Below, one piece after another: positions 7,191 through 10,894 of a DNA stretch of 10,894 nucleotides. The DNA is taken from positions 1 to 10,894 of the IMG/VR virus record IMGVR_UViG_2617270939_000004; one strand, written 5' to 3'. Source of the stretch: a virus (Duplodnaviria > Heunggongvirae > Uroviricota > Caudoviricetes). The translations under genes and the position numbers were made by a program. How positions within the stretch are numbered: position 1 is the first letter of the stretch; each line of letters opens with the position of its first letter. The notes below the pieces were generated by a model. The model did not search any database, was not told the origin of the DNA, and worked only from the letters and a program-made list of their open reading frames with translations.

Positions 7191-7730
7191 ATGAAGTTTG
7201 TTGCGCCAGAACAGGCACCGGAACAGGCGGAAATCATCAGAAATACGCCGTTCTGGCCTGATGTGGACCTGTCGGAGTTTCGCAGTGTCATGCGCACTGA
7301 CGGCACGGTGACGCAGCCGCGTTTAAAGCAGGTTGCGCTGTCGGCAATTTCGGAGGTCAACGCAGAGCTGTATGAGTTTCGCAGACGCCAGCAGATGCTG
7401 GGGTATGCCTCGCTGGCAGAGGTTCCGGCGGAACAGCTGGACGGCAAAAGTGAGCGCATTCAGCACTATTTCAACGCGGTTTACTGCTGGGCACGCGCCA
7501 TGCTCAACGAACGTTACCAGGACTATGACACCACGGCATCCGGTGTGAAGCGGGGCGAGGAACTGGCGGAAGCCAGCGGTGATTTATGGCGTGACGCCCG
7601 CTGGGCCATCAGCCGGGTAGATGATGCGGAATGGACCATTACGACTCTGACGCATACCGTCAGCCCCGATAACGGTTTTACAACCAGTCTGGAGCTTGAA
7701 GTGAGGATTGATGATTTCGAAATGGAATGA
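7191..7730 (+). CDS. L: P2-family head completion protein gpL, with a C-terminus that may be altered by a deletion junction
   Basis: I start it at ATG 7191, which has AGGAG at 7178-7182 eight nt upstream; the ORF-track start at 7128 lacks comparable support. The product is 179 aa. The central region (...NAELYEFRRRQ...LAEVPAEQLDG...DLWRDARWAI...) is gpL-like. The last 35 residues or so do not resemble the gpL end I recall. Confidence 0.75.
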   Translation: MKFVAPEQAPEQAEIIRNTPFWPDVDLSEFRSVMRTDGTVTQPRLKQVALSAISEVNAELYEFRRRQQMLGYASLAEVPAEQLDGKSERIQHYFNAVYCWARAMLNERYQDYDTTASGVKRGEELAEASGDLWRDARWAISRVDDAEWTITTLTHTVSPDNGFTTSLELEVRIDDFEME

Positions 7731-7820
7731 TTCTTCGCAATGGAGAACTTTTAAGTTTGCAAAATGGAATAATGCGGTATCATTATTGTGAATTTAGCAA
7801 AAATGGGGAGAACTCGAAAA

Positions 7821-8039
7821 ATGATGATTTGCCCACTGTGTGGAAGTGCCGCCCATACTCGCAGCAGTTTTCAGGTATCTTCATTGACCAAAGAGCGTTA
7901 CAACCAGTGCCAGAACATTAACTGCAGCCATACTTTTGTTACCCATGAAACTTTTGTTCGTTCGATTGCAACGCCAAAAGAGTCAAATCCGGTTCAGCCG
8001 CATCCAATGAAATCAGGACAGGTGGCGCTCTCTCTTTGA
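7821..8039 (+). CDS. ogr: Ogr/Delta-family zinc-finger late-gene transcription activator
   Basis: 72 aa starting MMICPLCGSAAHTRSS..., with an exact C4-x2-C7-x22-C30-x4-C35 zinc-finger spacing, as in P2 Ogr. GGGGAG (7806-7811) lies upstream of ATG 7821. The ORF-track GTG start at 7788 is probably too far upstream. Confidence 0.88.
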   Translation: MMICPLCGSAAHTRSSFQVSSLTKERYNQCQNINCSHTFVTHETFVRSIATPKESNPVQPHPMKSGQVALSL

Positions 8040-8125
8040 CGCTGCCGCCATTTTGTCGCCATCGTTAAAAAACAGTGTTTCTAACATCATGATTTTAAAC
8101 AGCTTAAATTTCAGGCAACAAAAAA

Positions 8126-8162
8126 CCCATCAACCTTGAACCGAAATGGCGGGGTTGATGGG
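8126..8162 (-). terminator. Rho-independent terminator downstream of ybjL
   Basis: CCCATCAACC (8126-8135) pairs with GGTTGATGGG (8153-8162) in a 10-bp stem around a 17-nt loop. On the minus strand it is followed by a run of six T (complement of 8120-8125). Confidence 0.5.
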
Positions 8163-8274
8163 CTCCACAAAATGGGGACATCAAAGAAAAGCAGTGGCAC
8201 TAATTAAGACTGATGCCCTGCGGAAAAGTTCTGCGGTTGTGCAAAAAAATTTCATTTTCAGGGCAACTTCAGTT

Positions 8275-9960
8275 TTATCCTAATCCTGGCCATACCATGA
8301 CGATGATTGTCCCTGCCAGCGTCAGCAGGACGTTGGCGATTGCGTAGGTGCCCGCATAGCCCAGCGCAGGGATGTTACTGCGAGCTGTATCACTGATGAT
8401 CTCCATTGCCGGCGCGCAGGTGCGTGCGCCCATCATTGCGCCGAACAACAGTGCGCGGTTCATTCGCAATACATAAGCACCGAACAAGAAACAGATAACC
8501 ACGGGCACAAGACTGACAATTAATCCGGCAATCAACATCTGACCGCCAATCGCGCCCAGGCCGTTATTAATACCGCTACCGGCGCTCAGACCAACGCCTG
8601 CCATAAACACCATCAAGCCGAACTCTTTCACCATGCTTAATGCACCTTGCGGAATGTAACCGAAGGTCGGGTGGTTAGCACGCATAAAGCCCAGCATAAT
8701 TCCGGCGAATAACAACCCGGCAGCGTTCCCCATGCCGAAACTGAATGTGCTGAACTGGAAGGTGATCATCCCGATCATCAGCCCAATAACAAAGAAGGCG
8801 CAAAATGCCAGCAGGTCAGTGACCTGGCTGTGAATCGAGATAAAGCCGATGCGATCGGCGATGGTTTTTACGCGACGGGCATCACCGCTGACTTGTAAAA
8901 CGTCACCTTTGTTAAGCACGACGTTGTCATCTATCGGCATCTCAATCTGGCTACGAATGACGCGGTTAAGGAAGCAACCGTGATCGGTCAACTTCAGTTG
9001 TGCGAGACGTTTACCTACAGCGTTATGGTTTTTAACGACCACTTCTTCAGTGACGATACGCATGTCGAGAAGGTCACGATCGAAAACTTCTTTACCGTTA
9101 CGGAAGCTGGGATCGAGTCGGGCATGGGCGTCGGGATAGCCTACCAACGCTATTTCATCGCCCATTTGTAGCACGGCATCACCGTCTGGATTTGCCAGAA
9201 TCCCGTTACGTCGAATACGTTCAATGTAGCAGCCGGTTTGTCGATAAATACCCAGTTCACGCAGATTTTTGCCGTCGGTCCAGGCCACCAGCTCCGGGCC
9301 GACGCGATAGGCGCGGATCACCGGTAAATAAACCTTACGGTTGGCATCAGTGTCCAGGCCACGTTCGCGGGCGATTTGCTGGGCGCTGGTCTGTAAGTCC
9401 TGATGCTGCAATTTCGGCAAGTAACGCGCACCAACAATCAAACTCACCAGACCGATTAAATAGGTTAAGGCATACCCGAGGCTCAGATTATCCAGTGCCA
9501 GTGAGAGCTGCCTGCTTTCCATGCCGGAATGACGCAGTGTATCGCCAGCACCGACCAGAACCGGTGTCGACGTCATAGAGCCTGCTAACATACCGGCCGT
9601 CAGGCCAATATCCCAGCCAAACAGCTTACCTAACCCTAAGGCGATCACCAGCGCACTGCCAACCATCACCAGTGCTAACATTAGGTAATTTTTCCCATCG
9701 CGAAAAAAAATGGAAAAAAAGTTCGGTCCGGCTTCGACCCCGACGCAGAAAATAAACAGCATAAAGCCAAGATTAAGCGCGTCGGTGTTAATGCTGAAAT
9801 GTTGTTGGCCTAATAACAGTGATACGACCAAAACGCCAATGGAATTACCCAGTTGGATCGAACCAAGTCGTAACTTTCCGAGACATAGCCCAAGCGCGAG
9901 GACCACAAATAATAACAGAATGTAATTCCCATTTAACAATTCGGCGACGTTTATATTCAC
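8275..9960 (-). CDS. ybjL: Putative transport protein YbjL (AAE-family inner-membrane transporter)
   Basis: The 561-aa translation ([39 protein letters not shown]...VMVWPGLG) matches E. coli YbjL from memory. It is multi-spanning and hydrophobic, with a central soluble region. Confidence 0.93.
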
Positions 9961-10229
9961 GGAGGCTAACTTCTTGTTTACTAGTAAGCTGTTGAAAGAA
10001 ATGGTAATTTACGATAATGTTTTTTACCAGAATTCAGGGCGCAGATTCATTCAGCGCACCTAAACGATAGTAAAGTAACAATATATTTTACTAGTGTAAT
10101 CACATTAGGTATCAACGGCTATATGAATTGCGTTGGCCTATATTAGCATGGAATGCGAAGCGGCTTTATCTTACTGAACGCCACACTGGCGAAAAATGTG
10201 TTCGATAGACGCAGTGTCAGGAGGAACGA

Positions 10230-10607
10230 GTGAAACATAAACAACGTTGGGCGGGGGCAATCTGCTGTTTTGTCCTCTTCATTGTGGTGTGCCTTTTTCT
10301 GGCGACGCACATGAAAGGCGCTTTTCGGGCTGCCGGGCATCCTGAAATCGGCTTGCTGTTTTTCATTCTTCCTGGAGCAGTTGCCAGTTTCTTTTCACAG
10401 CGTAGAGAAGTCCTGAAACCTCTATTTGGCGCAATGCTGGCGGCACCCTGTTCAATGCTTATTATGCGGCTGTTTTTTTCACCGACCCGCTCATTCTGGC
10501 AAGAGCTGGCATGGTTACTAAGCGCGGTGTTCTGGTGTGCGCTGGGGGCACTGTGTTTCTTATTTATCAGTAGTTTGTTTAAACCACAGCACAGAAAAAA
10601 TCAGTAA
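10230..10607 (+). CDS. ybjM: Inner membrane protein YbjM
   Basis: 125-aa hydrophobic protein with a GTG start preceded by CAGGAGG. Its position between ybjL and grxA and its divergent orientation match the E. coli ybjL-ybjM-grxA arrangement. Confidence 0.88.
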   Translation: MKHKQRWAGAICCFVLFIVVCLFLATHMKGAFRAAGHPEIGLLFFILPGAVASFFSQRREVLKPLFGAMLAAPCSMLIMRLFFSPTRSFWQELAWLLSAVFWCALGALCFLFISSLFKPQHRKNQ

Positions 10608-10627
10608 AGCCCTCAACGCGAGGGCTT
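10607..10627. terminator. Shared hairpin terminator between convergent ybjM and grxA
   Basis: AAGCCCTC (10607-10614) pairs with GAGGGCTT (10620-10627) around a 5-nt loop, placed between the two convergent stop codons. Confidence 0.5.
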
Positions 10628-10636
10628 GTCAGACGA

Positions 10637-10894
10637 TCAGGCGTCCAGATTTTCTTTCACCCATGCAGCAAAATCGGTATAGCCGCCGATATGTTGCTGA
10701 TCGACAAAAATCTGCGGCACGGTTTCTACGGGTTTACCTGCCTTTTGTTGTAGATCTTCTTTAGTGATCCCTTCCGCACGAATATCTACATACTGATACT
10801 GAAAATCATCGCGTTCATTGCTCAATTTCTCAGCCAGATCTTTTGCACGCACACAGTAAGGGCAACCCGAACGACCAAAAATAACGGTTTGCAT
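10637..10894 (-). CDS. grxA: Glutaredoxin 1
   Basis: The 85-aa translation MQTVIFGRSGCPYCVRAKDLAEKL...AAWVKENLDA carries the CPYC active site and matches E. coli GrxA. The start codon sits at the very end of the window. Confidence 0.95.
   Translation of the reverse strand: MQTVIFGRSGCPYCVRAKDLAEKLSNERDDFQYQYVDIRAEGITKEDLQQKAGKPVETVPQIFVDQQHIGGYTDFAAWVKENLDA

Noticed and set aside
3941-7548. Many ORFs of 60-280 aa on the strand opposite to, or out of frame with, the P2 genes P, O, M and L (for example 3941..4780, 4122..4406, 4997..5296, 5184..5558, 5721..6305, 5771..6166, 6292..6774, 6614..6937, 6771..6983, 7007..7459, 7333..7548).
   Set aside because: They lie wholly inside well-supported phage genes. 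Their products are Arg/Ala/Gly/Ser-rich and low-complexity, as expected from GC-rich antisense frames, and none has a credible ribosome-binding site. They are open frames arising from base composition.
7727-7921. ORF 7727..7921 (+), and the 7788 GTG start for ogr.
   Set aside because: The first overlaps ogr out of frame. For ogr, the conserved zinc finger starts right after ATG 7821, which has a GGGGAG ribosome-binding site, so the longer N-terminal extension is unlikely.
8980-9925. Plus-strand ORFs 8980..9171, 9192..9578 and 9710..9925.
   Set aside because: They are antisense to the highly recognisable ybjL coding sequence.
9977-10095. Direct repeat TTTACTAGT at 9977-9985 and 10087-10095 in the ybjL-ybjM divergent promoter region.
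   Set aside because: A 9-bp repeat in an AT-rich core-genome intergenic region is likely chance or ordinary promoter architecture, and is not linked to the accessory region.
10143-10764. ORFs 10143..10340 (-) and 10537..10764 (+).
   Set aside because: They overlap the ybjM start region and the ybjM/grxA coding sequences respectively. The known genes explain the region.
1-10894. CRISPR arrays, tRNA or rRNA genes.
   Set aside because: I saw no regularly spaced direct repeats and no cloverleaf-like candidate at the prophage/chromosome junctions. Coding sequence accounts for nearly all of the window.

Overview
The window holds four blocks. (1) 1-461: the right end of an IS903-group (IS5 family) insertion sequence, with the transposase C-terminus and terminal inverted repeat. 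(2) 462-2470: an AT-rich cargo island (about 40% GC in a sampled segment, versus about 60% in the neighbouring phage genes) carrying a small ORF whose frame runs open into the IS boundary, then a translationally coupled two-gene operon: a 324-aa protein with GHKL/Bergerat ATPase motifs (anti-sigma-factor kinase-like) and a 112-aa STAS-like protein. (3) 2472-8039: a decayed P2-like prophage remnant with portal Q, terminase P, scaffold O, a 57-codon remnant of capsid gene N, M, L and ogr; tail, lysis and integrase genes and a cos site are absent. (4) 8275-10894: Escherichia-type core genes ybjL, ybjM and grxA. The GHKL ATPase plus STAS-like pair sits where P2-like phages carry their variable old/tin cargo, next to the portal gene. 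I consider it the best candidate for an undescribed partner-switch-like accessory or anti-phage module. All assignments rest on reading the translations and motifs by eye; no database search or alignment was run.
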